IMG/VR virus record: IMGVR_UViG_3300037089_000506
Length of the DNA: 64,000 bases
Origin: a virus
Direction: 5' to 3' (one strand)
Shown: piece after piece, positions 10,268-19,739 of the stretch
Layout: each line of letters opens with the position of its first letter
How positions within the stretch are numbered: position 1 is the first letter of the stretch
Translations under genes and position numbers: made by a program
The notes under the pieces: generated by a model
Database searches by the model: none
The model's input: only the letters and a program-made list of their open reading frames with translations
Told to the model about the DNA's origin: nothing

Positions 10268-10433
10268 TTACTTTCTCCAGTAAATATAATCTGTATTCCA
10301 ACCTGTAAAGGGTAGTACATAAATAATTGTCCACCCTACTTGCTTAGTATCCTCCATTACTCTTGCTAGTCTAATAAACAGAAACTGTAATAAAAAATAA
10401 TTTAAATAAAATAAAGGCTTATGTATTTTCATC

Positions 10434-10637
10434 TTATAGTCCCCCTACATTCCAGCCAGTCTTAATATCCTCTTCTGTTTTTATATCTTCATATATCTTC
10501 ACTATTTTCCATTTACCTTGTGAATCCTTCAATTGAACTATATTCCCTTCTTTTAATTTTCTATCTAATTTAATCCATCCTATAGTCCATGCATTATCCT
10601 TTACACGCCTGAACTCAGCTTGCTTGTATTCAGCCAT
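10434..10637 (-). CDS. small hypothetical protein (SH3-like beta-barrel pattern)
   Basis: GGAG SD; WIKLD...KEGNIVQLKD...WKIVKIY. Confidence 0.5.
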   Translation of the reverse strand: MAEYKQAEFRRVKDNAWTIGWIKLDRKLKEGNIVQLKDSQGKWKIVKIYEDIKTEEDIKTGWNVGGL

Positions 10638-10835
10638 ATTTATTCTCCTGTATCTTCTAATATAAGCTTCCTTTAGTATCTCCAGTTGGAATGATGAATA
10701 CTATATCTCTTCTGGAGTTTTAGCTTTCTATTTTCCCTTATTCTATGTTTCTCTTTCAAAGCATAGTAAGGTTCATATATTCTATTAAAATCATCAGAAA
10801 CAATTATATCTTCTGTTCCCAAGAGCAATTGTAAT

Positions 10836-11489
10836 TTACTCATATATACTCCTCAAGTATTCATATCCTTCTACTATAAATTTGCCATAGATTTCATAAT
10901 TTGTCAAGGTCCCATACCAACCACAAGCAAAAGGATGATGAGCCTCAATCAATGCTAAACCTCTATCTGTAGTCATACCAAAATCTACAGCACCACAATA
11001 GTCTGAAGGAAACTGTATATCTAATTCAGGTGCTGCTTTATCTTCATGAGTATTACCTATATACCATGCTGCATACAAAAGTTTACCATTAATAACATAG
11101 TATCTCCATTCATCAATAAAAGTAATTATTTCTGAACATAAATATGGTGGCTTCTTCTTACCTCTATAAGTACTATCAGTAATTCTACCATCAAATCTCT
11201 TATACCTATCTGAGGGTTTAATAAATACCTTTTCACCTAAAGGCCATTTATCTGTTTCCCATACTTTTCTTTTTACCCAAGAAAATAAAAAGGAAGGAAA
11301 TGTGTCTGGTTTTATTTCCCATCCTGTTACTTTTAGAAACCATTCTACGGTTCCTACAGGTATATAATCTTTAGGGACTTCTTGTGCTCTTACTCTAATA
11401 CAAGGGATATGATTCATTGCAGCGTAAAGAACTATTGCTTTCTCCTCTATATTAGAGTTAGCACCTAGAGCGAAGCCTTTTACTTCCAT
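10836..11489 (-). CDS. ATP-grasp domain protein (DUF4343/R2K-like)
   Basis: KVFIKPS..K.FDG, EWRYYVINGKLL, AVDFG...ALIEAH...GWYG. Confidence 0.75.
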   Translation of the reverse strand: MEVKGFALGANSNIEEKAIVLYAAMNHIPCIRVRAQEVPKDYIPVGTVEWFLKVTGWEIKPDTFPSFLFSWVKRKVWETDKWPLGEKVFIKPSDRYKRFDGRITDSTYRGKKKPPYLCSEIITFIDEWRYYVINGKLLYAAWYIGNTHEDKAAPELDIQFPSDYCGAVDFGMTTDRGLALIEAHHPFACGWYGTLTNYEIYGKFIVEGYEYLRSIYE

Positions 11490-11696
11490 GTATCTAAATC
11501 CTCATAAAATAGTTTTTTTCACCATCTCTCTACATGAGACAAGTCTAGTGGTTTTTCAACATGACTATTCTTTATATAAACAGTACAACCTATACCATTT
11601 GGAATAAACAAATATTTAAACTTTCCTTCATCTCCATATAATTCTTTTATTCTTTATTTCCATTACTCAGGTTCCTTTTCCTGTTCTTCATCTAAT

Positions 11697-12510
11697 TTAA
11701 AACAATATGTATTTTTTAAGCACCCTCACTTCATCCTCGGCTTTCTCGGCACGCTCCCGCTCGGCGGCAAGCTGAGATTGCACGAAGCGATCAATCATAA
11801 CACTGGCCAAATAGATCTGTTCAAATTCCTCGTTAGCGTTACCCGCAAGTGATAGCAATTCTGCAATGGATCGTGCCAGTTCTTTTGTGTTTTCGACATT
11901 CACTTCGTACTTGTCGCTCATCGCTCTTCCTCCTTGGCAACCAGCACATACGACGAATACAGCTCGATGCCTTCCGGTTCTGATTTGTATTCAGCTCGCC
12001 AAGTTCGTGCCGCTTCCTCAATGGACTTAGCGACGACGCAATGTATTTGCGAGTGCAGACCCGTTCCTGTTATGCGGTATACTTTCATCATTTCTATTCC
12101 TCCTTGGCGCTCTCGGGATACTTTTGAGGATTAGAAGCAAATGCTTCCTGCTTAATCTCGGCATCCGAGGGTGGAAACGTCTTGGCGTTCTCAGTGGGGC
12201 GGGAGGCGAGAAGGGTGTCTAGGTCCTTGCGCTTGATATATTCGCCCTCACCTTTGGGGTAAATAGCCATCCATCCGTCGCCTTTTATGCGGACATAATC
12301 ATATCCCTCAATCTTTAACTCCTCCCCGCTCTCCGCTCCGCTCGGGGGCTCGGCGTCGAGCTTGGGCTTGGCGTCGTCGAGGGCATACCAAGCATGCCGT
12401 AGGTCAATATCCACTGCATCCAAAGTATCAGCGTCGCCTAAGTGCTCTAATGCAAGGGAGACAAATGCCTTCGCTCTGTCAATGGCATTATCTTTTAGTT
12501 TTGCTAACAT
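11697..12510 (-). mobile_element. GC-rich foreign island with three short ORFs (12094..12510; ~11918..12088 MKVYRITG...; 11697..11921)
   Basis: Counted lines are 47-63% GC against roughly 30-35% in the flanks; coupled ORFs with GC-ending codons. Confidence 0.65.
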
Positions 12511-14576
12511 AATATATCTCCTTCATTAACCTCTTCAGCATTTACTTTCATTACCTTCCCTCCCCGTTGAATCTTTACCTGCTCATGTGGAAAATATACT
12601 TTTCCATCTAAATGAATTTCTTCTAGAGAGAATTTTACATCCTTACAAAAGATAGAGAAACCCGTTTTACTATGAATATCAACATCAGGATTTTCTTTGA
12701 AAGCTTTCATTAATACAGGGTCTTTAGAATCAATAGCTGCTAAACGAATTTGCATTGACTTATAATCCAAAGTTGTAAGATAATATTTCTTTATATCAGG
12801 GGTAGTTAACACCTGCTTAAACAGTTCTGCTTTTATTGAGGAAGAAGGAATTTGTTGTGGATTAGGATCATGAGCACCATTTCTGTATGTAGACATTAGC
12901 ATTACTGAATAGGTAGGATGAATACGATTAGTACCATCTTCATGAGGGGTTAAATGTGGCCTCCAGCCTTTCTTCTCATTGTTAGGAAGCCCCATAAATG
13001 TCTTTTGGAGTGTAAGTAGGCTCCTCATGTTCTGAATCACTGTAGCCTCATTATAACCCCTCTGAGCCCATCTTTCCAATTCCTCATCACCCGTCTTATA
13101 CCATCCATTTTTTGTTCTGCCAAGACAAGGCCATTTCAAACCTTCAAGTATCTCTCCAAGTTGTTTTCCTGAGTCAAGTTCGTCTTTCTCTATATCTCCA
13201 TTACCTCCAAATAAGTCGTTAAATTCAGAAGTATAGGCTGATGCTGGAATCATTAATGCCTTACGTAAAGGTTCCTTCAACTCAAGAATTTCCTGTTGGA
13301 GCAACAAAGAATTTATATTCCATTTATTGATATCAACACAAAAACCATTATACTCAATCTGAGTAAAGAGGTTCTGATAGGGTATGATTACTTGTTCATA
13401 AAAGTCTCGTACCCTCCACCACCCAGGCTTAGGGGGAGGAAATTGGATATCTTGTTGTGTTAATTGCTCCTGCATAGTTTCTTCTATTCTATAAGCGTAG
13501 ATGGCATCTTTAGCAGCATATGAAGGTAGTATAGGTATATCAAGATAAGTTTTGGGCCTAAAGTTCTGGATATATAAGTCTAAATTATGATCATAGCCAC
13601 CAGCATCGGTATAATAATACGCTAAAGATTTTTGTCCATTGAATCGCATTTCATTTAAAAGATGTCCGAGCTGAAGATTATCTGAATGTGTATAAGCATT
13701 AGTAATTCCATTATGTATCAAAAATTTATCATCAAATTTACTATTAGTTCCTATTTGATATTTATCTTTTAACATCAAGTTTAACTCTTCTTTATTCACT
13801 AGCTCCCAGGGGATATAAAAACCTGTAATACCATCAAAAGATAGAGTAATACAACCAATTCTATCACGATAAAAATTTAATCCACTTGTCTCTAAATCCT
13901 TTGAGACTTTAGCATATCCTTTTGATATAGCATAAACATCTTCCCATCCATTATGATTATAAACTTCAACTATTTGTGTTCGTTGAATTGGGGGCTGCTT
14001 TGATAAAAAATCATAATGTTCTTTTATATATCTAAATTGATAATTCATAAACTCTTTGCGGCTACAGTCTGTAGGTAAATAGCAATAATCCATCCACTGC
14101 ATTAAAGTAGTAGCAAAAGAATCTATAGGAAATATGTATGTACATGTTTGTGGGGCAAAGAAATATGTTTTATTAAAAATATAATCATAAAAACATTCTA
14201 TAGATAAATTATCATCTTCAGTTATTGCTTGTAAAGCATAGCCAGAAGTGATAATAACAGTATTGTCTCTGATATATTGCTTGAAATCAGAATGATTCTC
14301 CTGATAGAACTTATAGACTCCGTGCTTCTGTATTTGTAGGAGGGGGACATTAATTTTAGTGGCTACAACAACATCATAATCAAACCCAGGAAGTTTTTGT
14401 TTGAATATCTCCTCAATAAAATGTTTGAAAGCATCTCTATTCCCTGGTATATTTTCTAGTAAAAGTAATATATGAGCATTACCATAGGTATGTAATGATG
14501 CTATGACTATATTTTGTATAATTTTATCTTGATTTTTAGGCTTTATTGCTATATCTACTCCGAACTCAAAACTCAT
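12504..14576 (-). CDS. polA: family A DNA polymerase, N-terminal fragment (3'-5' exonuclease + motif A), ending in a Hint-like tail
   Basis: ExoI KDLETSGL, ExoIII YAAKDAIYAY, KTGDEEL, IHPTYSV..MSTYRNGAHDPNPQQIP, motif A LDYKSMQIR, DIHSKT; motifs B and C absent. Confidence 0.85.
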   Translation of the reverse strand: MSFEFGVDIAIKPKNQDKIIQNIVIASLHTYGNAHILLLLENIPGNRDAFKHFIEEIFKQKLPGFDYDVVVATKINVPLLQIQKHGVYKFYQENHSDFKQYIRDNTVIITSGYALQAITEDDNLSIECFYDYIFNKTYFFAPQTCTYIFPIDSFATTLMQWMDYCYLPTDCSRKEFMNYQFRYIKEHYDFLSKQPPIQRTQIVEVYNHNGWEDVYAISKGYAKVSKDLETSGLNFYRDRIGCITLSFDGITGFYIPWELVNKEELNLMLKDKYQIGTNSKFDDKFLIHNGITNAYTHSDNLQLGHLLNEMRFNGQKSLAYYYTDAGGYDHNLDLYIQNFRPKTYLDIPILPSYAAKDAIYAYRIEETMQEQLTQQDIQFPPPKPGWWRVRDFYEQVIIPYQNLFTQIEYNGFCVDINKWNINSLLLQQEILELKEPLRKALMIPASAYTSEFNDLFGGNGDIEKDELDSGKQLGEILEGLKWPCLGRTKNGWYKTGDEELERWAQRGYNEATVIQNMRSLLTLQKTFMGLPNNEKKGWRPHLTPHEDGTNRIHPTYSVMLMSTYRNGAHDPNPQQIPSSSIKAELFKQVLTTPDIKKYYLTTLDYKSMQIRLAAIDSKDPVLMKAFKENPDVDIHSKTGFSIFCKDVKFSLEEIHLDGKVYFPHEQVKIQRGGKVMKVNAEEVNEGDILC

Positions 14577-14582
14577 ACAAAA

Positions 14583-14611
14583 AGAATACTACAGAAAGAC
14601 TCAAATGTCAA
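14583..14611 (-). promoter_or_regulatory. sigma70 promoter for polA (TTGACA-17-TATTCT)
   Basis: tgtcaa 14606-14611, agaata 14583-14588. Confidence 0.7.
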
Positions 14612-14731
14612 TAGAGATAAGTAATATATATAAATCTCTATATAGGATTCTTGATACATTAAATATATGAATCTTCATATACTAGGGTAACATTATTAAT
14701 ATAATACTATAAATATAATAAGATTAATATT

Positions 14732-14752
14732 AGAAGGAACTTCGTTCCTTCT
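14732..14752. terminator. hairpin/terminator after the 932-aa gene
   Basis: agaaggaac-ttc-gttccttct, perfect 9-bp stem. Confidence 0.65.
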
Positions 14753-14754
14753 CT

Positions 14755-17553
14755 TTATAAATTAAAGTCTGTATCGTCGGAGAGAGAAAATAAAAGTACT
14801 AAGTTTAATACTGTAGTTATAGTCTCTTTAGGATATTGTTCCATATTCAAGAATTCCTTAACTATCATATCATACATTTTTTCAACTTTATTCCTATAAT
14901 TACTTGACTTCCACTCAGAACTAAATTCATTAGCCCATTCCTTTAAAGAGTCATCAGCAGCCTGAGATTCAGATTCCTGTGCTGCCTCTTCCCTTTGTTC
15001 TTCAGACCAAGCTTCAATATCATTCTTATCTATACCCATACCTGTACCTTTACAGAATCTACATTTATTTCCTATTTTTTGGGCTAATACTTCCATTGCA
15101 GTATCATCCATAGGAATATAAGTACCATCTTCACGTTTCTTTCCATATACAGATATAAATTCATTAACGAGATTAGGGTAATCACTTTGTAATTTACCTA
15201 ATGCAGTAGCATATTGATTTTCATCCAGTTCTGTTGTCCAATCATTATCATTATCTTTAGCATAGATGGCATAACCAGTACCATCACAATAAGAGCATGG
15301 GTCAGCTTCAGATAATAATGCTGGTTCTGTATCCTTCAAGAATTCCCATGGGTTATCATAACCATATTTATATGAATAAGCATCATTACCTGCTGCATCT
15401 TCCCAATAAGTATCATTGAATGCCATATAATAAAATTTATCATCAAGGATATCAGTAAGGTTTTCTATATCAGAATCTATCATAGCAGATGTAAAACTTT
15501 TTAATGCTAATTTTGATTTTAACACTTCAAATTTTTCTGGATTTGTACATATTTCTACTACTATTTTCTTTTTATCAGGAGCGAATACAAATGCTTTAGT
15601 ATGCTCATAAATAGCATTAGATATAGGCTTAGGTAGAGCATTAGCAAACTTAGTATGATTACCAACATCCTCATCTTCCTCATCCATCCATTGATTTGAT
15701 TCTAGATGTATTTGCCACTTATCAGGAGTAGAATATTTCTGGGTACCACCAACTTCAGTTGGATGCTTTTTTATTATGATAATCAGTGGACCCTTATTAT
15801 TATAATAATTGAACTTATTCATTCCAGGATCAGTATATGTTGTACACCATTTTGTATTAGCTCCATATTTACATGCTGCTTTCATTGTCAATGGGCGTAC
15901 TACTAGCCATTGTGAGTCTTCATACCACTTCTCAGCTTCGGTAGGGTCTATAGGCTCTTTAGCCTCAATTTCTTCTAATTGGTATCTATGCACATCTATT
16001 AATTGGGATAAGTCTCTGAAGGATTTAATATTCATTATATTGTATAATGGAGTTGTATCTTTTAGTGTACCTTCAGGAGTTGCAGATAGTAATTTCTTGT
16101 TTTTTAACTTGGTGTATTTCTTTAAGTCCTCAGTAACTTTAGGGTAATCTTCCTGTAAAAATCTTACTAATCTTTTATCATAAAAATAGCCTAATTGTTC
16201 AGCACCACCATAACTAAGAGGATGATAGGTTATAATATGGTCTCTAGCCCTTCCTTCATAGGTTTCATGCCCTTCTTTTTTAAGTACTTCTAATGCATCC
16301 AAAAGTTGAGGAATTCTAAAGTCCTTCATAAAACATCTTATTATCCATACAGCATATTTTCTATCAAGGGTAGGATCAATATCACATAAGAATTCAAATA
16401 AATGAGGGGATAGAATCTCATTATATTTACCATAATTGATAGCTTCAGTGAAATCTATACTCTTTCTTTTTTTAGTTTGTACATAACGAAGTATTCTTTG
16501 TTTTTCCTTTGTAAAGCTTACCATATCTATATATTCATCAAGCCATGACCAATTTTTATTACATAATTCAATATAAGCATTAATCTTTTCAGGGAATCTA
16601 TCAATATCATCTTGTATATCCATAAAACCATAATTACTTATATCTATCATCTTTCCCATTTCAGGGCGTTTTTCAGAAGAACCATAAAAATATCTACTAT
16701 TAGTATTATATGGTAATCCTAACTCTCGTGCTACCCTTCCATGAGAAGTAATATCACCTCTAAATGCTATTAATTCTTTTGTTTCAGAATCTGCTATGAA
16801 TTTCAATCCAGTTTCTTGAGAGGATTTCCATAGTAATATAATTTCTTCAGGGGTAGGATTTTTCATTATATTTACTCTAGTACTATTACCATTTCTATCT
16901 ATATATATTGTTTTTAGACAATATTCTTTTAGTGTATTTTCATTTATATTCCTACTTCTTTTTGAATACTTACCAGTATTAGAATAAGCTGATTTTATTT
17001 GAAAGGGACTAAATACGCAATAAGAAATTCCTTCCCCTTCCCATTCATTTTCGTAGATAAGCCCATCATAACCATAGTGCTGTATTAAAGTAACAATGCT
17101 TTTTAAGCATTTCTGTATTGCTTTAGATGAATCTTGAACAGCAGTATTCCTAGCATATACTTCTTCCATATACTTTTCTATTTTAGCGGATAAATCAAAT
17201 AAAGCATAGGATAATTCTTCATTTTGTTCCTTACATGAATCACCTATAATAGTAGCTACTGTCTCAGGCTCATTATCGCTTTGAGTGTCTTCAATATAGA
17301 GAGGATTTACTATTCTTAAATAGCATACATACATAGAGGGGTTTGTTGTTCCCTTTTCTCTTGATATAGAATCTAATCTCTTATTAGATTGCTCTGGTTT
17401 AGAACCAAAATGAATGCCAATACCACTAAACTTGAAGGCAGTAAAGCCTCCTGCCTTAGTAACATGGTAGCAACGAAGGGGTAAACCAGCATCATCAACT
17501 ACTTTAGAGTCACCAAACCAAGATATAAAGTTAGGGTTTTGTAGAATGTCCAT
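14755..17553 (-). CDS. large polyvalent protein: ART-PolyVal-like N-terminus, YGANTKWC (PcfJ-like) domain, CxxCxGxG zinc finger
   Basis: NPNFISWFGDSKVVD..G.PL.CYH; GYDGLIYENEWEG...VFSPFQIKS; AACKYGANTKWCT; CSYCDGTG/CRFCKGTG. Confidence 0.6.
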   Translation of the reverse strand: MDILQNPNFISWFGDSKVVDDAGLPLRCYHVTKAGGFTAFKFSGIGIHFGSKPEQSNKRLDSISREKGTTNPSMYVCYLRIVNPLYIEDTQSDNEPETVATIIGDSCKEQNEELSYALFDLSAKIEKYMEEVYARNTAVQDSSKAIQKCLKSIVTLIQHYGYDGLIYENEWEGEGISYCVFSPFQIKSAYSNTGKYSKRSRNINENTLKEYCLKTIYIDRNGNSTRVNIMKNPTPEEIILLWKSSQETGLKFIADSETKELIAFRGDITSHGRVARELGLPYNTNSRYFYGSSEKRPEMGKMIDISNYGFMDIQDDIDRFPEKINAYIELCNKNWSWLDEYIDMVSFTKEKQRILRYVQTKKRKSIDFTEAINYGKYNEILSPHLFEFLCDIDPTLDRKYAVWIIRCFMKDFRIPQLLDALEVLKKEGHETYEGRARDHIITYHPLSYGGAEQLGYFYDKRLVRFLQEDYPKVTEDLKKYTKLKNKKLLSATPEGTLKDTTPLYNIMNIKSFRDLSQLIDVHRYQLEEIEAKEPIDPTEAEKWYEDSQWLVVRPLTMKAACKYGANTKWCTTYTDPGMNKFNYYNNKGPLIIIIKKHPTEVGGTQKYSTPDKWQIHLESNQWMDEEDEDVGNHTKFANALPKPISNAIYEHTKAFVFAPDKKKIVVEICTNPEKFEVLKSKLALKSFTSAMIDSDIENLTDILDDKFYYMAFNDTYWEDAAGNDAYSYKYGYDNPWEFLKDTEPALLSEADPCSYCDGTGYAIYAKDNDNDWTTELDENQYATALGKLQSDYPNLVNEFISVYGKKREDGTYIPMDDTAMEVLAQKIGNKCRFCKGTGMGIDKNDIEAWSEEQREEAAQESESQAADDSLKEWANEFSSEWKSSNYRNKVEKMYDMIVKEFLNMEQYPKETITTVLNLVLLFSLSDDTDFNL

Positions 17554-17559
17554 TTACAA

Positions 17560-18417
17560 TTAGTCTGAATAATAAGCCCAATGAAAGCCACCTGCGGTTT
17601 TCATTTGTCCTGAACAGACTCTGGATACTCTGTTTATTCCTGTTTTATTAAATACATCTGTCATTGAATCATATATAATTCCTGTCTCTATACACATTAT
17701 TTTTTTAGCATTTAGAGAGGGCTTACCTGTTTTGATTCCTTTGTTCCAAGGTATTCTTCCTATCCCAACCTGTCTAAGTTTTTCAAGTTCCTCTGGTGTT
17801 CTTTTTCTATTTTTTTGTGCTATACTTATAGCTTGTTTCTGCTCTTTGGTAATATGCCCACCATAATTCCAGTGTTTGTCCCCTTTGATTGCTCTTAGTT
17901 TTTCTAAAGTTTCTTCTGAAGCTTTATACCCTTTTCTTGAGGCTATAAGTTTTTGCTTATTCTCCTCAGACATTACTCTACCTTCACAGTTCTTATTACC
18001 CTTTAATGATTCAGAATATTTTGCTACACGTTCATCAGTTTTGTCTAAGCCCTTATTCCAAGCTGGGGTACCCTTTTTAGATTCACTTATTTTCTTACGA
18101 GTTTCAATAGATTTAGGGCCACTTCCCCCATCACCACCAGTAGTAAGATTATATCCAAATTCAGAATTATTACTTTTATATTCAGCAATATATTTTTTTT
18201 CTAATTCAGCAAGCTGTTCTTTATTACTACACTCTTCAATAACAGTCCAAGTAAAATTTTCAGCACCATATTTTCTCATAGCTGAGTGAAAATAAGTTCC
18301 TTTTCCTATTCTTGCTTTATAAAGATGATCCTTTTTTCTAATTTCCATAGATTTAGATGCTTTTCCAATATAAATTTTATTATTTATATTATTCTCTACC
18401 TTATATATTTCTCCCAT
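17560..18417 (-). mobile_element. free-standing GIY-YIG homing endonuclease with NUMOD3/NUMOD1-type C-terminus
   Basis: GEIYKVENNINNKIYIGKA, YNLTTGGDG, TRKKISESKKG, WNKG repeats, GGFHWAY. Confidence 0.9.
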
Positions 18418-18459
18418 ACCAATCTCCTATATATAGTTAGTATAAGAGAAAGTCGCCGC

Positions 18460-19737
18460 CTACGTAGCACGCACTATGGCGGCTTTGCTAGACATTTGCC
18501 ATAGCTCTAATGTTCTTTGCTCTAATATATCAGCTCTATTCATAAAATGCTCATAATTAATAGTTCCTGGTATATCTGATTTTGCTTGTGAACGTAGCAT
18601 AGCAAAAGCCCTCAAGCAGTATGCTTTAGCCAAGTCTCGAACTTCGTCAACTCTATTCATTGGTATATCTGACCAGAAATTACTCATTGAACCCCACGTT
18701 ATTTCTAATACACCTCTTCGAGTGGTGTATCCATTGACGAAGCCCTGTTGAATATAAATACGAATTCTTTGTCTTGTGCCATAATTAATTATACCCTGCC
18801 TCGCAGCCCTCTCTAAAATATAAGTACTAAAGCTCATCGTATCCACGAAGCCTTGGCGTCTAGATGAATTTATATTGGGTGTACTAAAAGCACCACGAGG
18901 AGATATAGACATTAGAACTTCATCAAAATATCTATATAGGGGGTTGTTAGGAACAGGCCCTACAGGGTAACCCGGATTTAACATTGCCTTAGTAGCAGTA
19001 AATGCCCAGTTAGGTATTGCTATTTTGAAGTTAGCATCGGGCAATGCATATGAAGCTACAGTTTCGATAGGGAACCATTTGTAGAATACTTTCATTGCAG
19101 GTAATAGCATGTAATTACAGATATCATCCCTACTGTATTCTAATTCAGCTATTTTTATGAAGGGTACACCTATATCTATTAAAATTGTATTGATATCATC
19201 ATCATCAATAATAACTTTACTATTGGTATTAGCCTCTTGAAATGGGACCCATGAAGAATTGTAAGGTAGAGTTATTGCTTGATATGCTAATTGAGTCAAT
19301 ACTAAAAAGAAATGGGGGTCTACAATAAAAGTAGAATTATCAATAATAGTGCCTGACGTTGAATCAGCTACCATCATATTAGTCCAAGTAAAAGTAGAAG
19401 CTAGTGTATAATCGGCATCACAAAAAAAGATACACCCGTTCAAAGGAGATGTAGCTTCTACACATCTAAAAACTGTATTTCTAGTATAAACTCTAGTTAA
19501 ATTATCTATTTCTAATTGTCCCATTGATAACCATGTATCCCTAACCTGAGCTGAAGTATAAGTAAAAAAAGTTGATAGTTTTATATTAGTAGTATAAGGC
19601 GAAGACGAGGGGGTTTCAGGGGAGTACCCTGGCTGTATTGTGGTTAGAATTGGATTATAGGAAACGCCAGTTCCAGGAGATAGTGTAGTTCCTGGTGCTT
19701 GGTTGGGATCGGGCTGGAAAGGAATAAAATCTGACAT
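18460..19737 (-). CDS. neck protein (T4 gp13-like)
   Basis: ILIDIGVPFIKIAELEYSRDDI...PAMKVFYKWFP and AKAYCLRAFAMLRS...IPGTIN resemble gp13 N- and C-terminal motifs. Confidence 0.55.
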   Translation of the reverse strand: MSDFIPFQPDPNQAPGTTLSPGTGVSYNPILTTIQPGYSPETPSSSPYTTNIKLSTFFTYTSAQVRDTWLSMGQLEIDNLTRVYTRNTVFRCVEATSPLNGCIFFCDADYTLASTFTWTNMMVADSTSGTIIDNSTFIVDPHFFLVLTQLAYQAITLPYNSSWVPFQEANTNSKVIIDDDDINTILIDIGVPFIKIAELEYSRDDICNYMLLPAMKVFYKWFPIETVASYALPDANFKIAIPNWAFTATKAMLNPGYPVGPVPNNPLYRYFDEVLMSISPRGAFSTPNINSSRRQGFVDTMSFSTYILERAARQGIINYGTRQRIRIYIQQGFVNGYTTRRGVLEITWGSMSNFWSDIPMNRVDEVRDLAKAYCLRAFAMLRSQAKSDIPGTINYEHFMNRADILEQRTLELWQMSSKAAIVRAT

Positions 19738-19739
19738 TA

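Noticed and set aside
11490-11663. Possible frameshifted small gene (MEIKNKRIIWR* then ELYGDEGKFKY... in another frame)
   Set aside because: Too short, with no homology evidence; it could be a decayed ORF or chance.
11490-12503. Group I intron plus a second polA exon downstream
   Set aside because: I found no motif B or C in the downstream ORFs and no recognisable intron core; the region holds ordinary small genes.
12495-12510. TAG readthrough or stop-codon recoding that would extend polA
   Set aside because: After TAG the frame reads CAA AAC TAA, and the overlapping ORF has no polymerase motifs. Other genes end normally at TAG or TAA.
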